From an uncultured Algimonas sp. (GTDB lineage: Bacteria; Pseudomonadota; Alphaproteobacteria; Caulobacterales; Maricaulaceae), in NCBI GenBank assembly GCA_964607395.1, contig CAZSKH010000001.1, positions 30-64,029 on the forward strand: 64,000 nt of DNA, written 5' to 3'. Below the pieces are notes generated by a model, which had not been told where the DNA came from, searched no databases, and was given only the letters and a program-made list of their open reading frames with translations. The translations under genes were made by a program, and so were the position numbers. This document shows, in pieces, positions 48,116 through 58,500 of the stretch; position 1 is the stretch's first letter, and each line of letters begins with the position of its first letter.

Positions 48116-50029
48116 TTATTGCACCCAGACAGCCGAACTCCAAGCACGGTCCTGTAGGGTCGCGTGCATGTCAGGATTAGGCGGCGTGCCGTTCCTGACC
48201 GCATCCCATGTACTCCAGCGGCATTTGGGGTTTTCAAGTACGCGAAGGTAATAAGCCGTCTTCTGCCCCGCAATGTAGTCAGGATCATTCCAAAGCGCTT
48301 TTAACTCACCGCTGCCCGTCTCGTCATTGGTTTCGCACGTCGTCAATTCAACCGCCGCGCCATTATTAGGACAGCGGCGTGTCGCGGCATCTGGCGCTGC
48401 CCCGCCCGCACAAGCGACATCATAAATCCGTTCCATATTGTTTCCGCTCTCGGACCAGACTTTGACAACTTGGATGCGCTGTAAGGGATAGCCTTCAGGG
48501 TCTTTGATGGCCCAAGCGATGAAGTCAGGTGATGTGGCGCTGCCCTCAATATTACCGCCCATGGGACTGCCATTGGCATAGGCTTGCTCCAGCATGTCAA
48601 TGGAGGACAAAATATCATCCGCATAATCCCCCGCAAAGAAACGCATCTTGAGGCGCGGGCCTGATGTTGCGAAGGTTTCTTTGGCCGCCATAGCGTCAAA
48701 AATATCCTCACGCGTATTGGCCCTCGCCCAGACACCCGCCAGACCCGACGCCCCATATTGCGCGGTAGAGATAATATCCAAATCACCCTCTTGGGCTTTT
48801 GCATCTTCCCAACTCTTGGCTCCATTTGGCGGGATGGAGCGGCGATTACTCAATTCCGTATCATGAGAGAATTTTCCAAAGAAATGTTCCTCTGACAAAG
48901 AGGATGAGCTGACATGCGCATCCGTGGATCCAATAAACCCGAAAGCATAAGGGTTCGCGCCGATCTCTGCTTCCAGCCCAATACCGCGGGCCAAAGATTG
49001 CCGCACAAAACTGCCCGGAACTTTTTTAGCTTCAACTGGCATACCGACGAGAATTTCGTAGAGTTCATGATCAGCGAATTCATCTTCAGGCGAAAGGAGC
49101 GGATGCGTTTCTGACGTCCCCTTGACCTGTGTCATTTCAACAATCGGTTCATTAAGTAAACGGTTCTCGACATAGGCTTTGGTGAGAGGCGAGCCATCAG
49201 TCGTCGTCATCGCAAACATCTGCCCATTTGAGGCATTAGAATTATGCGGTATCGCGAGCACATCAATGCCCTTGGCGCGCTGTCCATTCATCCACTCCCA
49301 CAGATTTTCGGGATTAGTGGAGTCCAGCGTTGTAAAAAGCCGAGTGGGCGCTTTGTCTTTGAAGACAACATTGCGGTGCAGATTGAGCGCACCAAGATTA
49401 TCGTCAATCTCGCCGATAATATTCATATTGGTATATTCATAGGCCGCGAAAGTTGTAAAGACACCCGGCAGATTATGCTTCTCTGCGGCGGCGACATTTA
49501 CGGCCCAAGCGCTGTCGATAAAGGCGCGGTCATAGATATCTTCGAGGGGTTCGCCTGTGACAATGGTTGTGCCGACTTTCATAAAAGCCTGCATCCTTGC
49601 CTCACGCCCGCCGCCAAAAATGCCAAAGATGGACTTGGCCGTTTCTGATTTGGAAATCGGGTTATCTCTATCTCGCATCGCCGCAACAACGCCCATGTAC
49701 TCGCCGTGATCGGTCACGCCGTAAAAATCAAGCGGCGGGCCAGATATGGTAATATCCGTGCCCGCACCATTATCAATCGTCGCACCCTTGGCGAAACGAT
49801 AAGCATCATCCGCTGTCGTGCGAGTGCCCGTAATGAAAGCATCAAAGGAGTTTTTGGTATGGACGTGAAGGTCGCCAAAATAAGCGTTCTTCGTTTCTGT
49901 GCGTTCAATCGTTGCGGGATCGACTTTAACAACTTTCACCTCTTGCTTTGGAGCGGGTGGTTTCTCTCCACACCCCGCCAACGCTATGACGCTTAAAGCG
50001 GCACTTCCTAAACATAATTGTTTCAACAT
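48116..50029 (-). CDS. DUF3604 domain lipoprotein (PHP-like metal-binding motifs)
   Basis: LAGC lipobox, YFGDLHVHT..SFDA, TDHGE, NLHRNV, IPHNSN.SNG, GSTDAH, RAWSSAVW. Confidence 0.82.
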   Translation of the reverse strand: MLKQLCLGSAALSVIALAGCGEKPPAPKQEVKVVKVDPATIERTETKNAYFGDLHVHTKNSFDAFITGTRTTADDAYRFAKGATIDNGAGTDITISGPPLDFYGVTDHGEYMGVVAAMRDRDNPISKSETAKSIFGIFGGGREARMQAFMKVGTTIVTGEPLEDIYDRAFIDSAWAVNVAAAEKHNLPGVFTTFAAYEYTNMNIIGEIDDNLGALNLHRNVVFKDKAPTRLFTTLDSTNPENLWEWMNGQRAKGIDVLAIPHNSNASNGQMFAMTTTDGSPLTKAYVENRLLNEPIVEMTQVKGTSETHPLLSPEDEFADHELYEILVGMPVEAKKVPGSFVRQSLARGIGLEAEIGANPYAFGFIGSTDAHVSSSSLSEEHFFGKFSHDTELSNRRSIPPNGAKSWEDAKAQEGDLDIISTAQYGASGLAGVWARANTREDIFDAMAAKETFATSGPRLKMRFFAGDYADDILSSIDMLEQAYANGSPMGGNIEGSATSPDFIAWAIKDPEGYPLQRIQVVKVWSESGNNMERIYDVACAGGAAPDAATRRCPNNGAAVELTTCETNDETGSGELKALWNDPDYIAGQKTAYYLRVLENPKCRWSTWDAVRNGTPPNPDMHATLQDRAWSSAVWVQ

Positions 50030-50055
50030 GATCTTCCCCTTACTCTCCTGCTTGT

Positions 50056-50823
50056 TTATGTGCCTGTCCAATTGGGCTCTCTTTTTTCGGCGAAAGCATT
50101 GATTCCTTCTATCGCATCTTCGCTATTTCGCCATTTTGAAAACTCCAGATAATCTTCCTGCTTTTTCATAGCATCTTCAAGGCTCTCTTCCCCAAGGCTA
50201 CGCTGCACGGTCATTTTTGACGCCTCAATCGCAATGGGTGCGCCTTTGAGTATATCTGTGCAATAGCCCCTAACGGCTTCCTCAAGCTTATCGGCAGGCA
50301 CAACTTCATTCACAAAGCCCATGCGATATCCGTCTTCGGCGCTCACGCGGCGCGACGTCAGGATAAGGCCCATGGCTTGCTTCATACCAATCTGGCGCGG
50401 CAGGCGATGTAATCCCCCGCCAAGCGCCACCGCTCCCACCAAAGGTTCAGGCAGAGAAAAGCTTGCGCGGTCAGAAGCGATAATCAAATCGCAGGCAAGC
50501 GCCAATTCAAAACCACCGCCCAGCGCATAGCCATCAACAGCAGCGATGACAGGCTTGGCCAAGTCAAAGCGTTCAATCAGCCCTGCATAGCCTGCGCGTG
50601 GGTAATGTTTACCGATGCCGTCTTTTAAGTCGCTGCCTGCGCAAAAGGCTTTCTCCCCCGCCCCTGAAATCACGGCAATACGCTGTGTATTATCTACGGC
50701 GAAAGCGTCGAAGACCTCTGCCAAGCGGTTATGCATCTCCGTCGTGATGGAATTCATCTGCGCGGGGCGATTTAGCAAAATACGGGTTATCGGCCCGTCT
50801 TGCGCTATCTCGATGTCAGCCAA
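50056..50823 (-). CDS. Enoyl-CoA hydratase (CaiD-like)
   Basis: AFCAGSDL, ALGGGFELALACD, LPEP.VG, FAEKREPNW. Confidence 0.88.
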   Translation of the reverse strand: MADIEIAQDGPITRILLNRPAQMNSITTEMHNRLAEVFDAFAVDNTQRIAVISGAGEKAFCAGSDLKDGIGKHYPRAGYAGLIERFDLAKPVIAAVDGYALGGGFELALACDLIIASDRASFSLPEPLVGAVALGGGLHRLPRQIGMKQAMGLILTSRRVSAEDGYRMGFVNEVVPADKLEEAVRGYCTDILKGAPIAIEASKMTVQRSLGEESLEDAMKKQEDYLEFSKWRNSEDAIEGINAFAEKREPNWTGT

Positions 50824-51936
50824 TTAACCTGCCTTTTTATCAATTTTTAACTTGGTGATTTTCTTTGCATCATCACCCCACTCAGCATAAAATTGTGCGA
50901 AGAATTTACGAAACGGCAATATAGGTCCGTCGCCATCGCAAATACTCGGTTTAGGCATATATTTCTGGCGGTCCCAGACAACTTTATCCTGGTCGAGCTG
51001 CTTACAAATTTCGCGTCGCATGGCTTTGGCGAGGTTCGCCATGGGCCCTTCGGCTTCAGACCGAGGCTGTGTGAAGGCAAATCGAATATGGGTGCGTTCT
51101 TGGTCAATCGGCGTGATGCCCGCAATCATAAGTGTTTCTGAAATACCGCTAAACTTTGTCCAGCTTTGCCCCGAGCCAACAGTGCCATAAGCAATCATGC
51201 CATCAACGACACCTTTGGGCGTCGGCATTTTGGCTTCGACACTAGCTGAGCGCTTATGCCCATCAAATTCAAAGTCATAATCAGGGAAACTACCTGTGCC
51301 GTGAACATATTTAAAATGCGCAGCATCGACACCGTTCTCTGCCATGTTCTGAACGGGGCCATGCACAATCCATTCATATTTTTGATAGTCCGTCCAATCT
51401 GGGTCATGGACTTGATCAAAGCTCTCAGGCTCCCATTTTGGCGCTTCGTTATGGGGATGATACCAGACGAGAATTTGTTTATTGCTCTCAACAACGCGCC
51501 ACTGCGCTTCGCATGGGCGGGCCGCAGAGGGCGGAATTTTCTTAGCATAAGGCACAGCAACGACGGCGCCCTCTCCATTATATTCCCACGCATGAAAGGG
51601 GCATTCCAGCGAATTACCTTTGACGCGTCCGCCATAGCCCATATGCGCGCCAAGATGTTTGCAATAAGCATCGACAACACGGGCCGAACCATCTTGGCCG
51701 CGCCAGAGCACGAGGTCTTTGCCGAAGTAATAGAGCGGCTTTACCTCACCAATTTCAAGCTCATCAGAATAGGCGACCATAAACCAGCCAAAGGGCAGCG
51801 GCAGGGCATCCAGGTTCCGATCTTTGACGGTTGCGCGGTTTTCAACGGGGTTCATCCGCCAAGCCGTCAACTCATCGCCTTTAAGACCTTTGAGTTGTTC
51901 CCATACCGCGACATGGGCTGTAGTGTTGGAGGTCAT
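50824..51936 (-). CDS. Rieske non-heme iron oxygenase of the KshA/Neverland clade
   Basis: CKH...CPFH Rieske motif, ENGVDAAHFKYVH iron motif, QDKVVW...DGPI..FRKFFAQFY. Confidence 0.85.
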   Translation of the reverse strand: MTSNTTAHVAVWEQLKGLKGDELTAWRMNPVENRATVKDRNLDALPLPFGWFMVAYSDELEIGEVKPLYYFGKDLVLWRGQDGSARVVDAYCKHLGAHMGYGGRVKGNSLECPFHAWEYNGEGAVVAVPYAKKIPPSAARPCEAQWRVVESNKQILVWYHPHNEAPKWEPESFDQVHDPDWTDYQKYEWIVHGPVQNMAENGVDAAHFKYVHGTGSFPDYDFEFDGHKRSASVEAKMPTPKGVVDGMIAYGTVGSGQSWTKFSGISETLMIAGITPIDQERTHIRFAFTQPRSEAEGPMANLAKAMRREICKQLDQDKVVWDRQKYMPKPSICDGDGPILPFRKFFAQFYAEWGDDAKKITKLKIDKKAG

Positions 51937-52814
51937 TTTTGTTCTCCTAATTTAAAAACTTTCATAGCATTTTCGCGTAGGAATTTTGGCCAGACATCAT
52001 CCTTAAGCGGGACATTTTCCATATCTTTGAAAATACGGTCAAGACTTAGCCCCATCGGGAAATAGCCTGCATAGATAATCTTATCCGCCCCGCGCGTATT
52101 GGCATAATCAATGATGGCTTTAGGATAATGTTTCGGCGCAAAGGCCGAGGTGGAATAATAGAGATTGGGATATTTAATCATCAACTTCACGGCCAAATCT
52201 TCCCACGGCTCTGCCCCATGACGCATGACCACTTTCAGTTCAGGTAAGAACCAACAGACCTCATCCAAATGCTCAACTTTTTGCGTGTGCATCGGAATGC
52301 GCGGCCCTGGAACACCAACATTTAAAACAATCGGGATATCAAGCTCTACACAAGCTGCATATAGCGGATACATTCGTGCATCATTTATTGCGACTTGAGG
52401 GCAAGTCCCTGCAGGAAAAACGGAGGCTGACTTTATGCGATATTCCTTGTGAAGGCGTTTCAGCCGCCGCACCTCATTCATGCCCTCATTCGGATTGCAG
52501 GGCACATCAAAAAAGAACCGGTCAGGGTAATCTTTGGCAGCCTGACGCGAGGTGTCATCTTCATTGAAGCCAACCATCGCTCGCTCAATATTATGATTAT
52601 CTAATTGCTCCACCGTCCAGCCGACAAAGTCCGTCGCATCGGCTGAGGCTTCGGGGATGTCTTTAAACATATATTGCGCAGGCATTTTAAACATATCGCG
52701 GCTTTGCTGATCATTAAGCAAGGGACGGAAACTCGCATACCATTCCGAACGGTCAGCATGAGTTGGAATACCCAGCATCGTATCGATGATTTTGATATCT
52801 TTGGGATAGCCCAT
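51933..52814 (-). CDS. Amidohydrolase_2 family protein
   Basis: MYPLYAACVELDIPI, PELKVVMRHGAEPW, YPNLY, FLRENA. Confidence 0.82.
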   Translation of the reverse strand: MGYPKDIKIIDTMLGIPTHADRSEWYASFRPLLNDQQSRDMFKMPAQYMFKDIPEASADATDFVGWTVEQLDNHNIERAMVGFNEDDTSRQAAKDYPDRFFFDVPCNPNEGMNEVRRLKRLHKEYRIKSASVFPAGTCPQVAINDARMYPLYAACVELDIPIVLNVGVPGPRIPMHTQKVEHLDEVCWFLPELKVVMRHGAEPWEDLAVKLMIKYPNLYYSTSAFAPKHYPKAIIDYANTRGADKIIYAGYFPMGLSLDRIFKDMENVPLKDDVWPKFLRENAMKVFKLGEQK

Positions 52815-54463
52815 TAAACAGCCTGCTCTTTCTCTTTGCGGGCGAGATAAGCCGTACGCATTTTGTGTTTTTCAATTTTACCCAGCGCGTTAAGCTCAAA
52901 GGGATCGGATTGAACGGTGATATCCGTCGGGACTTTATAGGCTGCGAGATTATCTTTCGCAAAAGCTAGGATATCGTCAGAACTAACCCCCTCTTTCACC
53001 CATGCACAGGCCACAAGGCGCTCTCCGAGCCTGACATCAGCAATGCCAAATGTGCCAATCGCAAGGATACTGGGATGACGCCCCAGAACCTGCTCGACCT
53101 CAGCGCAGTAAATATTTTCGCCGCCCGAAATCACCATATCGGTTTTGCGGTCGACAATATAGATATAGCCATTTTCATCGAGCCGACCAATGTCACCCGT
53201 CTTAAACCAATCGCCTGACATAGACGCGGCAGTCTCCTCTGGGCGGCCATAATAGCCCTGCATCAGCGTCGCGCCTTTGGCCCAAATTTCGCCGACTTCG
53301 CCAATTGGTACAGCCTGCCCGTCGTCGCTCGTAATTTGCACCTCCACCATAGGTAGGACTTGTCCCGATGCGGAGGGGTTCGCGAGAAATGCTTCGCCAT
53401 TGGCTTGGCTAATCGCTCCGCAAGTTTCAGTCATTCCATAACCTGCCCCAATGAAAGCGCGCGGGAACGCCTCGCGGATTTTAGCGAGCAGATTGAGCGG
53501 CAAGGCCTGCCCACCGCAGGACACAGACATAAGCGATGATAAATCAAATTCACCAAATTTAGGAGAGCGCAGCAAATCCCAATGCATGGTCGGCACGCCT
53601 CCAAAACTCGTTATCTTTTCCCGCTCTATCAGGGCCAAAGCATCATCAGCACTCCAGCGGTTCATCAATACAAGCTTCCCGCCTGTGGTCAGCGCGGTCA
53701 TGAAAACCGCACTACAGCCACTCGTATGGAAGAGCGGGAAGACTAAGAGTGAACAGCTTTGCGGCATTTGCGAGCGCAGGGTTGCGATATCTATATTATA
53801 CGCAGCCGCCATTTTCTGAAACACAGCCGCCATCGCCATTTGCGTATTCATCATACCCGTAATCAGCGCGCCATGCGTAATGGCGGCGGCCTTGGCGACG
53901 CCTGTTGTACCCGACGTAAAAAACATCGCGGCAAGGTCATCACTCTTGGCATAAACAGGCGAAAAGTCTGTTATCGGCTTTGGGAACTCTGAGGCCGAAA
54001 GTGTTTTGCCATCATAGCCTTCCTCTTTGAGGCGAGAGAGACGTGCCTCATCGCCAATGACCAAAACGCACTCACTATCAACAATCGCTCGCGCCATTGT
54101 CTCGCCCGTGCCGCGGCTATTGATAAGGACAGCAACACCGCCAGCATTGATAACCGCAATAAAGGCCATCATCCATTCAGGGCTATTTTTCATGCAGATT
54201 GCGACAGGCTGACCACGCGCCAAACCAAAATACTTTAAAAGCCAAGCGCTTAATCCGTCTGCAGCCTGAAAAACATCATCGAAACTCAGACGCCGATCGC
54301 CTGAGACGATAAAATCAGCCTTCCCAAATTGGCGGGCGCGGTCAAAAACGGCGCTCATATTTTCAGGAGCATGCTTAAAAACGCGTATCCCGCCCTTGGG
54401 CACAACCTCGAAAGGGGCACCCGGAGCCATAAGGCCGTCTGTGATGGGGTCTGAAGCTGTCAA
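52814..54463 (-). CDS. AMP-binding acyl-CoA ligase
   Basis: FTSGTTG.AK, GYGMTET, WFKTGD, GGENIY, NALGKI. Confidence 0.9.
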   Translation of the reverse strand: MTASDPITDGLMAPGAPFEVVPKGGIRVFKHAPENMSAVFDRARQFGKADFIVSGDRRLSFDDVFQAADGLSAWLLKYFGLARGQPVAICMKNSPEWMMAFIAVINAGGVAVLINSRGTGETMARAIVDSECVLVIGDEARLSRLKEEGYDGKTLSASEFPKPITDFSPVYAKSDDLAAMFFTSGTTGVAKAAAITHGALITGMMNTQMAMAAVFQKMAAAYNIDIATLRSQMPQSCSLLVFPLFHTSGCSAVFMTALTTGGKLVLMNRWSADDALALIEREKITSFGGVPTMHWDLLRSPKFGEFDLSSLMSVSCGGQALPLNLLAKIREAFPRAFIGAGYGMTETCGAISQANGEAFLANPSASGQVLPMVEVQITSDDGQAVPIGEVGEIWAKGATLMQGYYGRPEETAASMSGDWFKTGDIGRLDENGYIYIVDRKTDMVISGGENIYCAEVEQVLGRHPSILAIGTFGIADVRLGERLVACAWVKEGVSSDDILAFAKDNLAAYKVPTDITVQSDPFELNALGKIEKHKMRTAYLARKEKEQAV

Positions 54464-54476
54464 AGTTGAGTCCCTA

Positions 54477-54569
54477 TTCGTTATTCAAGAGACCATATAT
54501 TACGCATTATTGATTATCAACAGAGCCTATTGGCTATTTTGCGTATTTTTTAAGTTTATTTTCTACGCA
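54477..54569. promoter_or_regulatory. Candidate operator array 6: TTCGTT(54477)-TACGCA(54501)-TGCGTA(54540)-TACGCA(54564)
   Basis: Spacing 24/39/24 bp, divergent promoter region. Confidence 0.8.
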
Positions 54570-54605
54570 TTTTAATTTAAACCATAATAAAAATAGGGAA
54601 AGAAC

Positions 54606-55361
54606 ATGGGACACTTATCAGGCAAGACAGCCATTGTCAGCGGTGGAAGTGACGGCATTGGCCTCGCCATTGCACGGACACTTGCAGATGAAGGTGCACA
54701 TGTTGTAATTTGCGCCCGCAATCAAGACAAAATCGATGCGGCCGTGAAGGTCATTGGCGGCAATTGCGAGGGCAAGGCTCTGGATGTGTCGGATGCACAA
54801 GCCTACGCCAATATGATAAGCGAGGTTGCCAAAGATAAAGGCCTCGACATCCTCGTCAATAATGCCGCCCATGTTGGGATGGGGATGATTGCCGAGACTG
54901 ACTTAGACGCATTCCAGCAGAACTTCCGCGTCAATATGGATGCGCCTTACCTCGGCACTCAAGCCGCCATGGCGGCCATGGGCGATAAGGGTGGCAGCAT
55001 TATCAATATTAGCTCCGTCAATGGCGACCGCGCGATGCAGGGCATGTCAGGCTATGGCGCGTCCAAAGCGGCCCTCACCCACTTCACCCGTAATGCCGCC
55101 ATGGAAGGCGCACGCCAAGGTATTCGCGTCAATGCCGTCACGCCCGGCCCGATCATGACACCCGCCACAAAGGCTTGGTTCGATCATGACCCCGATACGG
55201 GCGCGGCTATTGCGAACGCCAATCCCATGGGCCGTATCGGCACACCCGAGGAAGTTGCCAATGTGGTGCTTTTCCTCGCTTCAGATGCCGCCTCATACGT
55301 GACGGGCGCTAGCATTCCCGTCGATGGCGGCAAAGCCAATGAACTTTACGTCCCTTCATAG
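54606..55361 (+). CDS. SDR oxidoreductase
   Basis: SGGSDGIG, NNA, YGASK, NPMGRIG. Confidence 0.87.
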   Translation: MGHLSGKTAIVSGGSDGIGLAIARTLADEGAHVVICARNQDKIDAAVKVIGGNCEGKALDVSDAQAYANMISEVAKDKGLDILVNNAAHVGMGMIAETDLDAFQQNFRVNMDAPYLGTQAAMAAMGDKGGSIINISSVNGDRAMQGMSGYGASKAALTHFTRNAAMEGARQGIRVNAVTPGPIMTPATKAWFDHDPDTGAAIANANPMGRIGTPEEVANVVLFLASDAASYVTGASIPVDGGKANELYVPS

Positions 55362-55370
55362 GAGCCAGTT

Positions 55371-56192
55371 ATGAGACTCGCAGAAAAAACAGCTGTCGTG
55401 ACGGGGGCAGGACAAGGTATCGGCGCGGCTATCGTTGAAAAATTAGCGGCTGAAGGAGCACGAGTCGCCGCGCTGGATTTAAATACTGAAAACGCACAAA
55501 AAGTCGTCGGCGCATTGGACGGTGACCACCTCGCTCTCGCCTGCAATGTCGGAAAAAGCGCAGATGTTATCAAAGCCATCCGCAAAGCCCGCGAAGAATT
55601 TGGCCGCCTAGACTTCGCCGTAAATTGCGCAGGCATCGGCCAAGCCAAAGGTGACGGCTCTGACAAATTTTACGGCGCGATGAACCGGCGCAATGAAGAA
55701 CTCGCAGATAATGGCTCATCTGACACTTTTGTCGACCACCTTATCCATATGGAAGATGAGGGCTGGGCGGGTGTTATGGCCGTGAACCTGAACGGCGCAT
55801 TTTATGTCTGCCGCGAAGCAGTGCGCATTATGGCCGAAGACGGCAATGCTGGGTCAATCGTCAATATCAGCTCAACCTCCGCGCAATCCGGCGAAGGCTC
55901 TCCGCATTATGTGACGTCAAAATCGGCGCTCATTGGTCTCACCCGTCAGCTCGCCCGTGAACTCGCCCCGCGCGGCATACGTGTCAATGCGGTTGCGCCT
56001 GGCCCAACCAACACGCCCATCATGAACGGCCTGCCGCAAGAATGGATTACCTCCATGGAACAATCCGTCCCGTTAGGCCGCATGGCCGACCCCAGCGAAG
56101 TCGCGGGCGCGGTGGCTTATCTACTCTCGGAGGATGCCTCCTTTGTGACGGGTTCTGTCCTTGTCGCTAATGGCGGGAGTTACTGCTTTTAA
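55371..56192 (+). CDS. SDR oxidoreductase
   Basis: TGAGQGIG, NCAG, YVTSK, VPLGR. Confidence 0.87.
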   Translation: MRLAEKTAVVTGAGQGIGAAIVEKLAAEGARVAALDLNTENAQKVVGALDGDHLALACNVGKSADVIKAIRKAREEFGRLDFAVNCAGIGQAKGDGSDKFYGAMNRRNEELADNGSSDTFVDHLIHMEDEGWAGVMAVNLNGAFYVCREAVRIMAEDGNAGSIVNISSTSAQSGEGSPHYVTSKSALIGLTRQLARELAPRGIRVNAVAPGPTNTPIMNGLPQEWITSMEQSVPLGRMADPSEVAGAVAYLLSEDASFVTGSVLVANGGSYCF

Positions 56193-56211
56193 TTAACCAC
56201 AGGAGACTGAC

Positions 56212-58500
56212 ATGACGCATAAAACTTTGACAGGAGCTTCGGCTCTCGCCCTTACCCTTATGCTGAGTTCTGCCGCCTCTGCGCAATTAGATGAAATCGT
56301 CGTCACCGCTCAAAAACGCGAACAAAGCATTCAGGACGTTCCAATTGCGGTTACGGCCATTGATGCGGATTACATCGACAGCCGCAATATCACCTCCATC
56401 AAGTCACTCTCAAGCCTCGCGCCAAACCTTAAGATTGAGAACGCGCCGAATAATACCACGGCGGCGCAAATCTCCATTCGCGGCGGCGTCACCATCAACC
56501 CGGCTTTGACTTGGGAACCCACCGCCGGGATTTACCTGAACGGTTCTTATATAGGCAAAACCCAAGGCGCGATATTTGATGTTGCCGATATTTGATGTTG
56601 CCGATATTGAACGCGTCGAAGTATTACGCGGCCCGCAAGGCACACTTTACGGCCGTAATACTCTGGCAGGTGCGGTCAATGTCATCACAGCGAAACCAAC
56701 AGAAGACTTTGGCGGCAGCGCGAAAGTCGGCTTTGGTAATTATAATTCCCGCCTCGCCAAAGCCTCAGTGAATTTTGGACAAGTCGGGCCTGTGCGCACG
56801 AAAGTCTCGGGATTGATTGAGAAACGTGACGGTTTTGTCGAGGGCGTCGATAATCCCTTCCCCGGCGTGGTCGCCGCCAGCCCAACGTCAACAGTCTCAG
56901 AATTTGCCAATCTGGACAAAAAAAGCTCTTTAATAGCCCTCAGCGCAGACCCGACAGAAAACCTGACATTAGATTACACATTTGACTTTAGTGAAGCCGA
57001 TCAAAACCCGGAACTCTCGCAGGTCGTCGGTGTTTATGACGGCAATATCTTTGACCCTAGCTCTCCCGCATATATCGGTTTTCCGGGTGCGCCTGGACAG
57101 TTTTTTGGCTTCCCGCTGGACCTTTACACTAATCCTGACCGCCAATTTACGGGCACAACAGATGCGCCCGAAGTCTTTGAGCGCAGCAGGGTTCAGGGAC
57201 ACACTTTAACCGCGGCCCTGCAAACCGAAATCGGCGAGCTTAAATCCATCACGGCTTTGCGCAAACTCACATGGGAAGACAGCCGTGATTTGGACGGTTC
57301 GCCCTTACCGCTGGCCCGTTCACAGCGCCTGTCTGATTACGATAGCTTTAGCCAAGAGCTACAGCTTATCGGCAACTCAGGCCGCCTAGATTATGTGCTT
57401 GGCGCCTATTATTTCCAAGATGACGGCTTTACCAATAACCCGCAAAATTTCTTCGGCGGGGCGAGCATCTTTGATAGCCGCTATGGTTTTGAAACGGATG
57501 CGATTGCGGTCTTTGGACAACTTGATTTCGCCCTGACAGATCAATTGAGTGTCTCAGGTGGATTACGTTATACCGAGGAAGAGAAAACAATTGACCGCGC
57601 CAATATTGCGGTGGCCTTTGACGGCTTGCCGCCCAACACGCCATTTGTTCCTGAGGGCACGACAGGCAAGACTAAATTCGATAATTTATCTCCACAAGTG
57701 ACAGTGAATTTTGCGGCAACGGAGAACATCAATCTCTACACTAAATATGCTAAAGGCTTTAAAAGCGGCGGCTTTAACGGTGAGGCTGGCTCGGTCGCCG
57801 AAACGCTCCGCCCCTATGAAGCCGAGACGGTGGACTCCTTTGAGTTTGGGGCAAAAACACGCTTCTTTGACAACCGTTTCCAAGTTAATATGTCGGCCTT
57901 CTTTAATACCCATAAAGATATGCAGCTCTCTATCTTTACCGCCGAGGGCGCGGCGGCGTCTGACATTCGCAATGCAGGCGGGGCCGATATAAATGGCTTT
58001 GAATTGGAAGGCTTGTTTCACCTCTCTGATAATTTTCTACTGCGCGGAAATTATGGCTATCTCAGCTCTAAATATACAGAGTTTATTGAGCTTGGCGTTG
58101 ATGTTGCGGATGATCGCGCCTTGCCGCAGGCCCCGCGCAATACAGCCTCTGCGGGAATTGATTGGGGCCTGTTTAGCGGCGACTGGGGCGTAGTAACCCT
58201 GTCAGCGGATGCATATTATAGCGACCGCTATTTCACCTATCCCTATTCTCTAACCCCGACCGTGCCGCAAAATGCTTTTACGTCCGAAGTCCCGGCCCGC
58301 ACAGTCATTGATGCACGCCTGGCGTGGTCTGACATTCCGATTGCGGGGCAAAATGTCGAGCTTGCCGTCTGGGGTAAGAACATTACAGACAAAGAATACC
58401 TCACCAATTTCATTGATTTTGGCCCTGGCTTTGGCGGCATTACAAATGGTTTTTTGGCGCGCCCGCAACTTATGGCGTGACGCTTGGGCTCGATTTTTAG
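56212..58500 (+). pseudogene. TonB-dependent receptor disrupted by a 16-bp tandem duplication and a C-terminal -1 homopolymer frameshift
   Basis: Signal peptide plus DEIVVTAQKRE TonB box; IERVEVLRGPQGTLYGRN plug motif in the second frame. The restored C-terminus GFFGAPATYGVTLGLDF ends at TAG 58498-58500. Confidence 0.85.
56571..56602. repeat. Perfect 16-bp tandem duplication GATATTTGATGTTGCC x2
   Basis: Read directly; bounded by CGATATT microhomology. Confidence 0.92.
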
